Positions 18,975-27,537 of a DNA stretch of 32,191 nucleotides are shown here, one piece after another (positions within the stretch are counted from its first letter, which is position 1; each line of letters begins with the position of its first letter). Source of the DNA: Chitinophagales bacterium (GTDB lineage: Bacteria > Bacteroidota > Bacteroidia > Chitinophagales > Chitinophagaceae); the NCBI GenBank assembly GCA_038242375.1, contig JBBSSE010000001.1, positions 1-32,191 on the forward strand. Direction: 5' to 3'. A program made the translations under genes and the position numbers. Below the pieces are notes generated by a model. The model had not been told where the DNA came from, made no database searches, and worked only from the letters and a program-made list of their open reading frames with translations.

Positions 18975-19110
18975 TAAGGATACGAATATGAAATGTTAAT
19001 CCGGCAGGTATTTTAAAAAATCTTGCTGCTATGTAACAAAAGTAGCCAACCACCTGTGTTTAAAAAGACATTTTTGTATTCCATTTGAAAATGGACTTAA
19101 ATTATGAAAC

Positions 19111-19497
19111 ATGGGCTATCAATTTACAAAAAAACTGCACAGCGATTTTGAATCTGCTATTGCAAAAGTTACGGCTGCTTTGAACAAAGAAGGGTTTGTT
19201 ATATTGAAATCGTTTGACCTGAAGGAGACATTGAAATCGAAGATGAATGTGGATTTTAGAAAATATAGAATCCTTGGAGCGTGCAATCCTCAATTTGAAC
19301 TTCAGGCACTGTCGGCAGAAAATAACATCGGGACAATGCTTCCATGCGATGTGATTATTCAGGAGCATAAACCGGGGAGCATTGAAATTTCCGCAGTGGA
19401 TTCCGTTGCTTCGAGCATGACTTTTCAAAATGAAAAACTTGGGAAAATAGCAAGGGCGGTTAGAGCAAAATTAAAAGATGTAATTAGTAATCTCTAA
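19111..19497 (+). CDS. DUF302 family protein
   Basis: Y.ILGACNP and IG.MLPC motifs. Confidence 0.9.
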   Translation: MGYQFTKKLHSDFESAIAKVTAALNKEGFVILKSFDLKETLKSKMNVDFRKYRILGACNPQFELQALSAENNIGTMLPCDVIIQEHKPGSIEISAVDSVASSMTFQNEKLGKIARAVRAKLKDVISNL

Positions 19498-19507
19498 ACG
19501 GATAGAA

Positions 19508-19708
19508 TTGAAAGCAAATATGGGTAAAACAGATAGGGTAACCAGGATTCTTTTGGCAATTTCTACGACTGTTCTTTATTTCACAGGAACCATCAGCGTA
19601 ACGCCCGGAATCATTCTGATAATCGTAGCAGGGATTTTCCTGCTGACATCTTTCATCAACTTTTGCCCGGTTTATAAACTACCCGGAATTTTTATAAAAA
19701 AGAAATAA
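19508..19708 (+). CDS. DUF2892/YgaP-like small membrane protein
   Basis: NMG..DR..R, two TM segments and FCPVY. Confidence 0.85.
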   Translation: MKANMGKTDRVTRILLAISTTVLYFTGTISVTPGIILIIVAGIFLLTSFINFCPVYKLPGIFIKKK

Positions 19709-19754
19709 ACGTAAAGGAATAAATATCATTAATCATAAAAATTAAATAGAATAT

Positions 19755-20216
19755 ATGGCACACGAAATAGACGTACAATGGATGGGTAAAATGCAGTTTA
19801 ATGCATTGGTAAACGGACATACAATTGTAATGGATGCACCTGAGAAGGTTGGGGGAGAAGACAATGGCCCTATTCCAAAACCCTTTGTGCTGACTGCGCT
19901 TGCAGGATGTACAGGAATGGATATCGCGGCGATTTTACGGAAAGCAGATAAAAATCCGGATGACTTCGACATGAAAGTGGTCGGTGAGATAAGTAAGCGT
20001 CCACCGGTTGAATATATTGCTGTTCATGTAATTTATGATTTTAAAGGTAAATCAGAAAATAAAGATGCAGCTTTGAATGCGGTAAATGATTCGCAGGAAA
20101 AATATTGTGGCGTAAGCAGCATGTTGAAAAAAGCACTACCTGTAACCTGGGAAGTAATTTACAATGGTGTATCCATTTTTTCCAATAAAAAGGAAGAAGT
20201 GGCTGAAACGGTATAA
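19755..20216 (+). CDS. OsmC/YhfA family protein
   Basis: MDA....GG...GP.P, ALAGCTGMD and S.EKYCGVS (two conserved Cys). Confidence 0.9.
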   Translation: MAHEIDVQWMGKMQFNALVNGHTIVMDAPEKVGGEDNGPIPKPFVLTALAGCTGMDIAAILRKADKNPDDFDMKVVGEISKRPPVEYIAVHVIYDFKGKSENKDAALNAVNDSQEKYCGVSSMLKKALPVTWEVIYNGVSIFSNKKEEVAETV

Positions 20217-20236
20217 AGAAATTTAAAACAACAGGC

Positions 20237-20416
20237 ATGATGAATGACTTTTTAAGAAAGCATTTGCTCATTATAGCCAGTGTTACTTTAGGAGCAATAG
20301 GCGGATATCTCTACTATCACTTTGTGGGCTGCAAATCGGGTACTTGCGCTATTACATTCAAACCAGTCAACAGTACATTGTATGGTGGATTAATGGGTGG
20401 ATTTAAACAGGTCTGA
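20237..20416 (+). CDS. DUF6132-like small membrane protein, 59 aa (absent from the ORF track)
   Basis: MMNDFLRKHLLIIASVTLGAIGGYLYYHFVGCKSGTCAITFKPVNSTLYGGLMGGFKQV with a GCxSGTCxIT motif; the C-terminus may be clipped by a palindrome. Confidence 0.8.
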   Translation: MMNDFLRKHLLIIASVTLGAIGGYLYYHFVGCKSGTCAITFKPVNSTLYGGLMGGFKQV

Positions 20417-20444
20417 CGGTCTCCGTCTGTACCTGTTAAGGTCA

Positions 20445-20729
20445 ATGGATATCGAAAAATTGATAAAACAAAATAAGTGCACGATCCTGGATGTGCGTTC
20501 TGAAGAAGAATATAGTTATGGAAATGTAGCAGGCTCCATCAATATTTCATTAGGTGATATTGTAGAGAGATTGGAGGAGATAAAGGGTTTAAAAACTCCG
20601 CCCTATATCTGTTGCACTTCAGGTGTCAGAAGTGGCCGGGCCACAGAATATTTATCGCTTTATGAAATAGAATGCTATAATGGTGGTTCATGGATTGATT
20701 TAAATTTTAATCAACTTAAAACAGTATAA
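20445..20729 (+). CDS. Rhodanese-like domain protein
   Basis: ILDVR..EEY..G.V.GSINI and active loop CCTSGVRS; ATG 20445 preferred. Confidence 0.9.
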   Translation: MDIEKLIKQNKCTILDVRSEEEYSYGNVAGSINISLGDIVERLEEIKGLKTPPYICCTSGVRSGRATEYLSLYEIECYNGGSWIDLNFNQLKTV

Positions 20730-20730
20730 T

Positions 20731-21051
20731 ATGTTTCAGGCAATTAAAAAGCTTTTTGGAATAGGTCCCCAGGCAGATTATGGACAATTAGTTAAGCAGG
20801 GAGCCATCATTTTAGATGTACGTACCAAAGGTGAATATGCAGGTGGGCACATTAAAAATGCCCTCAATATTCCATTGGATCAATTGGGTAATGGTTTGGC
20901 TAAATTGAAAGATAAAAACAAAACCATTATTTGTTGTTGTGCTTCCGGAATGCGGAGTGGTTCAGCAACAAGCATGTTGAAATCGAAGGGCTATACACAG
21001 GTGTATAATGGTGGTGGCTGGAGAGGGTTGAATAATAAGATTCATCCATAA
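20731..21051 (+). CDS. Rhodanese-like domain protein
   Basis: ILDVRT.GEY..GHI..ALNIP, CCASGMRS and YNGGGW. Confidence 0.92.
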   Translation: MFQAIKKLFGIGPQADYGQLVKQGAIILDVRTKGEYAGGHIKNALNIPLDQLGNGLAKLKDKNKTIICCCASGMRSGSATSMLKSKGYTQVYNGGGWRGLNNKIHP

Positions 21052-21106
21052 TCCGGCTCAATAAAACAATGTATTAATTCCTTAACCGGAGCATAAAACG
21101 ATTCAT

Positions 21107-21361
21107 ATGTTCTCAATCAAACAAACCTTATTTACAGGTTGGAATTTTATGCGCTTTCTGCGTTTGGGCTTTGGAATATTTTTCGTTGTCCAGGCCATTC
21201 AAACGCATGATACACTCACAGGTGTTGTTGGCGCATTCTTTTTATTCACGGCGGTTACCAATACAGGATGCTGTGGTGGTGGTAGTTGTGCGGCACCGGG
21301 AAGTAAATCAAACTCAACAGAAATAGAAGAGGTCTCTTACGGGGAGGTGACAGGTAAATAA
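21107..21361 (+). CDS. Small membrane protein with a Cys cluster
   Basis: WNFMR.LRL, two hydrophobic segments and GCCGGGSC. Confidence 0.75.
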   Translation: MFSIKQTLFTGWNFMRFLRLGFGIFFVVQAIQTHDTLTGVVGAFFLFTAVTNTGCCGGGSCAAPGSKSNSTEIEEVSYGEVTGK

Positions 21362-21536
21362 TATCTCATCCAAAAACTCATTAGTATAATACCCTGTACC
21401 GCCATTTATATGTCTGTAATAGAAAACGGATGCTTAAAGTTAGAAACTGTTTTCTAATTTTTAAACTCTTTGCAATCGGGATAAAAAACAGATTGGGAAC
21501 TCTAACCATTATTCTATATTTTAATCTAAAAACATA

Positions 21537-22250
21537 ATGAACAAATATTTATTTATTCTTGGACTTGCCTTAATGTCCATACTTGCAGGTTGCAATAGCC
21601 AGTCGAACCAGGAAGATGACCTCGATGTACAGCAGTTTGTAGAAAAAATGGCCGCTACCAAAGAGTTTAATCTTGTAGATGTGCGAACTCCGGGAGAATA
21701 TGAAAAAGGCCATTTGGAAAATGCGCAAAATATAGATGTGAATGCGAATGATTTCCAAACCAGGGTTGCGAAATTGGATAAAAATATACCTGTATTCTTG
21801 TATTGTCTCACGGATTCAAGAAGTTTGGCAGCGGCAGAACAACTTAGAGCGGATGGGTATGAGGTATATCTTCTAAAGGGAGGAATATTAAAATGGAGAG
21901 CAGAGCATTTACCGGAAGTTGCCGGTGAAGGTATGGCTGTAGCGGGAATGACTATGGATGCTTTCCAATCGTTAGTAAAAAGTGATAAAATCGTATTGGT
22001 AGATTTTTATGCTGAATGGTGTGGCCCTTGTAAAAAGATGGAACCTTTCCTGAATGAAATTTCCGCAGAAATGCAAAAGGATGTTGTTTTGCTGCGGATT
22101 GATACAGATAAAAACCCGGTGTTGGCACAACAATTAGGTATCCAGGCCTTGCCTTATTTGCGGATTTATAAGAATAATAAAATGGTTTGGGAAAACCTGG
22201 GATTTATCAATAAGGAAGGATTGGTGAAACAGTTAAATGAAAATCTGTAG
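21537..22250 (+). CDS. Rhodanese-thioredoxin fusion lipoprotein
   Basis: Lipobox LAGC; DVRTPGEY..GHL and YCLTDSRS; DFYAEWCGPCK. Confidence 0.9.
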   Translation: MNKYLFILGLALMSILAGCNSQSNQEDDLDVQQFVEKMAATKEFNLVDVRTPGEYEKGHLENAQNIDVNANDFQTRVAKLDKNIPVFLYCLTDSRSLAAAEQLRADGYEVYLLKGGILKWRAEHLPEVAGEGMAVAGMTMDAFQSLVKSDKIVLVDFYAEWCGPCKKMEPFLNEISAEMQKDVVLLRIDTDKNPVLAQQLGIQALPYLRIYKNNKMVWENLGFINKEGLVKQLNENL

Positions 22251-22473
22251 TCCTTATTTTATCAAAATTGAAAACGGAGGTTTTTTATATATGTGCTCGT
22301 GAGGGGCTGGTTTATTTCATGTATGAAGGGTTATGTCATCATCGCTCTTTTTTTATTTGGTAAAAATATTCTCCCTTTTGCTATATGCGATAATAATTGA
22401 AGGATTAGGTGCCCGTTACGCTCATCCGTTTCTTATTATATTACCTTTGAATTTCTTTCTACAATAAAACTGT

Positions 22474-23112
22474 ATGCATCTCCAACCTGCCAAACCACAC
22501 ATCAAATATGAAATAGTAAATAGTATTATCCATGGCTTTGGAATTATTTTCGGCATTGTCAGTATCCCTATTTTAATAGCTCTTGCTATAAAAAGTGACA
22601 ATACTCCCGGGGTGATCGGAGCCGCTATTTATGGTTTTTGTTTTTTGCAATTATTTACGTTTTCAACTCTTTATCACGGGTTTCAACACGTGCAGGTAAA
22701 ACGTGTTTTAGAAATCCTGGATCATATCAGTATCTATTTCCTGATCGCCGGTACATACACTCCTTTTTTATTGATTTATTTGAATAATACTTTTGGGATA
22801 ACCTTGCTTGTTATTCTTTGGAGCCTGACTGCCCTGGGCATCGTTTTTAAAATATTTTTTACCGGCAGGTGGAATGTCCTGTCAACCATTATTTATATAT
22901 TGATGGGCTGTATTATGATTTTCGGCGGCCGTACTTTCTTTGTAGAAATTCCGGGTGATGTGATGACCATGATCCTGATTGGTGGCGCTTTATATCTGTT
23001 TGGCGTTATTTTTTATCTGTGGGAAAAGTATCCGTATAATCATGCGGTGTGGCACTTCTTTGTGCTGGCGGCGGCGGTCTGTCATTATGTGGCAATTTTA
23101 TTAGCAGTGTAG
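22474..23112 (+). CDS. Hemolysin III/PAQR family membrane protein
   Basis: E..NS..HG, STLYH, LDH.SIYFLIAGTYTP and HAVWH.FV motifs. Confidence 0.95.
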   Translation: MHLQPAKPHIKYEIVNSIIHGFGIIFGIVSIPILIALAIKSDNTPGVIGAAIYGFCFLQLFTFSTLYHGFQHVQVKRVLEILDHISIYFLIAGTYTPFLLIYLNNTFGITLLVILWSLTALGIVFKIFFTGRWNVLSTIIYILMGCIMIFGGRTFFVEIPGDVMTMILIGGALYLFGVIFYLWEKYPYNHAVWHFFVLAAAVCHYVAILLAV

Positions 23113-23181
23113 TATTGTGGTCAACGCTGTTGAAGATTCGAGCGAACAGTTTAGTACTCATCAATCCCCAAAAAGCAGTAC

Positions 23182-23212
23182 AAAAAAAACCCGGAACAGT
23201 GTCCCGGATTTT
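23182..23212 (-). terminator. Intrinsic terminator for the minus-strand genes
   Basis: Minus strand reads CCGGGAC-ACT-GTTCCGG followed by G and T8. Confidence 0.65.
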
Positions 23213-23236
23213 ACAAATTTTTTACGATTTCTTTCG

Positions 23237-23566
23237 CTATTGTACTCCCTGTGTATTTTGTTGGTCCAGGGTCCAATCATCTGTCCTCGTCGTTTGTAAC
23301 CAGATACTCCCGGACTGGCGAAAAACCTGGGCAGCCACACCTGTCTTATCCCAAAAATCTTTTTCAAATTCAGCAACTGTACGTTCTTTACTAATGGAGA
23401 TTTCTGCTTCTTTTTTAAAATGGCTTTCTTCATCCAGCACCCCTTTCGTATTCATTCCATCCACAGCTTTTTGTTTGTAAAACTCAAGTTTTAAAGCCGG
23501 GTAATGCTCGGAGAATTTCTTTTGTATCTCTGATACAGGTGTATGTTTATTGATTTCTAATTTCAT
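23237..23566 (-). CDS. Hypothetical protein
   Basis: ATG with A-rich leader, close downstream of the USP gene; protein-like pattern F..YP.LKLEF and QVFR.SG..WLQTT.TD.WTL..QN. Confidence 0.8.
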   Translation of the reverse strand: MKLEINKHTPVSEIQKKFSEHYPALKLEFYKQKAVDGMNTKGVLDEESHFKKEAEISISKERTVAEFEKDFWDKTGVAAQVFRQSGSIWLQTTRTDDWTLDQQNTQGVQ

Positions 23567-23595
23567 GATCTATGTTTATTTGTGTTTTTATAATA

Positions 23596-24423
23596 TTATT
23601 TATCCTGCAGTACAAGTAAAGGAATTTCTGTTTCATGGATCATTTTCCTTGTGTGAATCGTCCCGAAAATGCGCTTGAAAAAATTATGCCGGCGGGAAAG
23701 CATCACGAGCATATCCGATGGATTATCTTCCAGGAAATCTTCAATGCCATCATCCACCTCATTATCTTCTATGGTGAAGAATTTATGACCTGTTTCATTG
23801 AAAGCCATACTGGTTTTGAGTTTTCCTGCTGTTTGTGTTACGGAAAGTTTTGATTCCTTTTTACGCACATTGAGAATCTGTATAAAAGCATTATTTCTTT
23901 CCGCGATGTTTTTTAGAATTTCGTAATTCGCCAGGTCAGTTTCCTGGCCAAAATCTGATGCAAGGGTGATTGTCTGAATACTTTTAAAGTCTGCTTTTTC
24001 CGGAATGACCAGAACCGGCACTTTCGATTTACGAATATGCGTAAGCGTTGTACTTCCGAAAAGTGAATTGCTTTTTCCTTTACCTTTCATTCCCATCACC
24101 ACAAGGTCTGCATTCCTTTCCCGCACGCATTGCTCCAAAATAAAGGATGCCGGTCCTTCCTTCACGATGCTGTCAATTTTAACGGTGAATTTTTTCTGCA
24201 AAATTTCAACATTTTGCTTCATGAAATCTTCGAGCACATCCGCCAGTTCTTTATTTGTTTGCCCTGAAAGCTCCGCGTTCATTTGATCTATCGCCATTGG
24301 GTTCATAAAAGCATGCACAAGCACCAATTCAGCATTGAAGATATTTGACATAGAAGCGGCGTAATTTGCTGCATTAAAGGAGGAATCAGAAAAGTCAACT
24401 GCTACTATAATTTTTTTAATCAT
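23596..24423 (-). CDS. Universal stress protein (tandem USP)
   Basis: MIKKIIVAVDFS, ADLVVMG.KG...FGS and VPVLVIP; ATG 24423 preferred over TTG 24432. Confidence 0.95.
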   Translation of the reverse strand: MIKKIIVAVDFSDSSFNAANYAASMSNIFNAELVLVHAFMNPMAIDQMNAELSGQTNKELADVLEDFMKQNVEILQKKFTVKIDSIVKEGPASFILEQCVRERNADLVVMGMKGKGKSNSLFGSTTLTHIRKSKVPVLVIPEKADFKSIQTITLASDFGQETDLANYEILKNIAERNNAFIQILNVRKKESKLSVTQTAGKLKTSMAFNETGHKFFTIEDNEVDDGIEDFLEDNPSDMLVMLSRRHNFFKRIFGTIHTRKMIHETEIPLLVLQDK

Positions 24424-24495
24424 CGGGTACAATTTTTTAAGGTTTGAAATTAACCATTTTTATACAATTCAAATTCCTGTAGATCATTTGTTTAA

Positions 24496-24509
24496 ATGAT
24501 CCTTATCAG
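24496..24509 (-). promoter_or_regulatory. Crp/Fnr-like palindrome upstream of the third USP gene
   Basis: CTGAT-AAGG-ATCAT on the minus strand; no clean -7 element at the usual spacing. Confidence 0.5.
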
Positions 24510-24598
24510 GAGGATGAAAATAAATTATTTTCATTTGAACTTGTTCGGGTAATTTTTCTAAAAAAGAATGTGAGGAGAAATTATTTTACCAGAAAATA

Positions 24599-25486
24599 CT
24601 ATTTTAAATTTTCATTGAAAAAATCGATCGTTCGCTTCCAGGCAAGCTCTGCCGCCTCTTTATCATATCTTGGAGTGGTATTATTGTGAAAACCATGATT
24701 CACATTTGGATAAATGTATGCGGTAAATTTCTTCTTGTTTTCTTTTAAAGCTTTTTCATATTCCGGCCAGGCATCCGTAATGCGTTTGTCCAGTTCAGCG
24801 TATTGAAGAAGCAACGGAGCATGAATCAGTGGTACATCTTCCAGGGGCGGATTACTTCCATAAAAAGGCACAGCCGCAGAAAGATCGGGAAGGCGCACAG
24901 CCATCATATTAGCGATCCATCCTCCAAAACAAAATCCAACAACCCCCACTTTCCCATTACAATCCTTGTTGCTTTTGAGATAATGAAAAGCAGCGATAAA
25001 ATCCTCCAGCATATCATTTTTATCCAGTTTACTTTGCATCTCCCGGCCTGCATCATCCGTGCCCGGATAACCACCAAGAGGGGAGAGCGCATCCGGAGCA
25101 ATCGTAATAAATCCTGCGAGGGCAGCCCGGCGCGCCACGTCTTCAATATACGGATTTAATCCCCGGTTTTCATGTACGATAACGATGCCGCCTAAAGGTT
25201 TTTTGGCTTCCGCCGGCATGGATAATAATGCCTTAATTTTTCCACCGCCTTTGGGGGATTCATAATAGATGAATTCAGATTTTATCCGGGGATCATTCGC
25301 TTTGATCATAGTTGTGCTCTGATAGTCAGGCATCAAAAAACTCATGAGAGAGGCCACTGTCAAACCACCCACAGCATACACGGATAGTTTTTGCACAAAG
25401 TCGCGCCTGCTAACCCTGTTGTGGGCGTAATCGTCGTATAGGTCAAATACTTCCTGCTGTACATTTTCTTTTTTGATTTGTTCCAT
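24599..25486 (-). CDS. Dienelactone hydrolase family protein (YghX-like)
   Basis: LYDDYAH...SRRDF, HENRGLNP, nucleophile elbow GFCFGG and HGFHN..TPRY. Confidence 0.93.
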   Translation of the reverse strand: MEQIKKENVQQEVFDLYDDYAHNRVSRRDFVQKLSVYAVGGLTVASLMSFLMPDYQSTTMIKANDPRIKSEFIYYESPKGGGKIKALLSMPAEAKKPLGGIVIVHENRGLNPYIEDVARRAALAGFITIAPDALSPLGGYPGTDDAGREMQSKLDKNDMLEDFIAAFHYLKSNKDCNGKVGVVGFCFGGWIANMMAVRLPDLSAAVPFYGSNPPLEDVPLIHAPLLLQYAELDKRITDAWPEYEKALKENKKKFTAYIYPNVNHGFHNNTTPRYDKEAAELAWKRTIDFFNENLK

Positions 25487-25670
25487 GGTCGTAATTATTT
25501 AAGACAATAAATTTAAGGATTATTCCGGCAGGAATTATTCGCAGTTCTTCCAGCAGATATCGGTCATCATTTAAATCACGGAAGTAAAACCAGCCTGCGA
25601 ACTAAAAACGATGAGAGTTATATATTTTATTAGTAATTTTAGTATATAACCCGCGCTCAATTGTTTCAAA

Positions 25671-27083
25671 ATGATTTTTGAATTAATTCTTGCAATTTTT
25701 CTCATTAGGTATCTGCGCAAATCTGTGCAGAAGCCCGCTATGCAACCTGACTGGTACAAGGCTTTGCCCCTCATTACATACGTATGTATTGCCCTTGTAA
25801 TCATTAAAGTCAGTTTTAATGGCATAGAGGGAATAGGTGTTTGGATCGCCCATTTGATTTTACTATATATCGCGTATATTTTATTCGCAAAAAAAGAACT
25901 TCTTTCCGCCAGGCCTCTTTTGGTCGCGATTGTTCCTTTTCTCTTCCTGTCAATATTCATGGATCTCTTTAAATTGATCTCTAAAAATGGATATGCTTCC
26001 TGGAATGATGTGTTGGAAACCACCCAGGCATTTTCTATTATTTGGCTATTTGCCATGTGGGGCATCACATACCGGCAGAGAAAGGCTATCGACAGGGAAA
26101 AATTAAAAACAAAAGAAGAAGAGGGACAGAAAAAAATGATGGCTTCTCTGAAAGATCAGTTAGAGGTGCAGGTACAAGAAAGAACGGCGGAATTAACGAG
26201 GCAAAAAGAAGAATTAATTCAAACCCTCGAAGAGTTGAAATCAACACAATCTCAGCTCATACAATCAGAAAAAATGGCCTCTCTCGGGGAATTAACGGCG
26301 GGCATCGCTCATGAAATTCAAAATCCGCTAAACTTCGTTAATAATTTTTCAGATGTAAATAAGGAATTGCTGACAGAAATGAAAGACGCGCTTGCGAAAG
26401 GAGATGGGCAGGAGGCCATCCAGATTGCCAATGATGTAATCATGAATGAAGAGAAAATTAATCACCATGGAAAACGTGCGGATGCTATTGTAAAGGGAAT
26501 GCTTCAGCACAGCCGCAGCAGTTCCGGGGTAAAGGAACTTACAGATATTAATGCCCTCGTAGATGAATTTTTAAGATTAGCCTATCATGGTTTGCGCGCA
26601 AAGAATAAAAGTTTTAATGCTACTATAAAAACGGATTTTGATGAGAATATCGGAAAAATAAAAGTGATGCCACAGGAAATCGGAAGAGTGGTTCTTAACC
26701 TCATCACTAATGCATTTTATGCAATTACAGAAAAAAAGAAAAACCTCCATCTTACCAAAAACGTTGCCGGTAAGGAGGTTGACTCTGAATCTTCGTTTAA
26801 TTATGAACCGACTATTTGGGTGAAGACTTTCCGGAATCCTCCTACAGAAGAAAGAGGTGCCGATGTGGTGATCTCGATCCGGGATAATGGCGATGGAATT
26901 CCGCAGGAAATTTTGGATAAAATATATCAACCTTTCTTTACCACCAAACCAACAGGAGAGGGGACGGGGTTGGGATTGTCGATCAGTTATGACATCATAA
27001 AAGTGCACAAAGGTCTTTTAAAAGTTGAAACAAAGGCCGGAGAATTTACGGAGTTTAAAATTTATTTACCGGTGGAGAGTTGA
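25671..27083 (+). CDS. Membrane sensor histidine kinase
   Basis: Multi-TM N-terminus, coiled coil, H-box EKMASLGELTAGIAHEIQNPL, N-box NLITNA, DNGDGI, PFFTTK and GTGLGL. Confidence 0.96.
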   Translation: MIFELILAIFLIRYLRKSVQKPAMQPDWYKALPLITYVCIALVIIKVSFNGIEGIGVWIAHLILLYIAYILFAKKELLSARPLLVAIVPFLFLSIFMDLFKLISKNGYASWNDVLETTQAFSIIWLFAMWGITYRQRKAIDREKLKTKEEEGQKKMMASLKDQLEVQVQERTAELTRQKEELIQTLEELKSTQSQLIQSEKMASLGELTAGIAHEIQNPLNFVNNFSDVNKELLTEMKDALAKGDGQEAIQIANDVIMNEEKINHHGKRADAIVKGMLQHSRSSSGVKELTDINALVDEFLRLAYHGLRAKNKSFNATIKTDFDENIGKIKVMPQEIGRVVLNLITNAFYAITEKKKNLHLTKNVAGKEVDSESSFNYEPTIWVKTFRNPPTEERGADVVISIRDNGDGIPQEILDKIYQPFFTTKPTGEGTGLGLSISYDIIKVHKGLLKVETKAGEFTEFKIYLPVES

Positions 27084-27162
27084 TCTGAATGCCGGGTTAA
27101 ATAATCCTTTAAACCTGTTTTTTTTCGGAGATAACCGTTAAAAAATATTAAATAATACAGGT

Positions 27163-27534
27163 ATGAAAATATTAGTCGTGGATGATGAAGCAGATATGCA
27201 GGCATTATTTGAACAGCATTTTAGAAAAGAAATTAAAAGCGGTGAAATGAATTTTGTATTTGCCCAATCCGGTGGGCAGGCCCTCGAGATATTAAACCAT
27301 GATAACCATGAATTTATTCTGATACTTTCGGACATTAACATGCCGGGAATGAGTGGCCTGGAGCTACTGAAAACAGTGAAGCAAAAATACCTGCTTCCTC
27401 CTCCTAAAGTGATGATGATAACCGCTTACAGCGATGAATATAATTATCAACAAGCTATGAATTTGGGTGCGGATGATTTTCTTACAAAGCCGCTTGATTT
27501 TAAAGAATTAAAGTTGAAATTAAAAAACGAATGA
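27163..27534 (+). CDS. Single-domain response regulator
   Basis: ILVVDDE, SDINMPGMSG, MITA and FLTKP. Confidence 0.95.
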   Translation: MKILVVDDEADMQALFEQHFRKEIKSGEMNFVFAQSGGQALEILNHDNHEFILILSDINMPGMSGLELLKTVKQKYLLPPPKVMMITAYSDEYNYQQAMNLGADDFLTKPLDFKELKLKLKNE

Positions 27535-27537
27535 ATT

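Noticed and set aside
25554-25567. CAGAT-ATCG-GTCAT as a seventh regulon box
   Set aside because: Mismatch in the TGA core and no -7 element at the expected distance.
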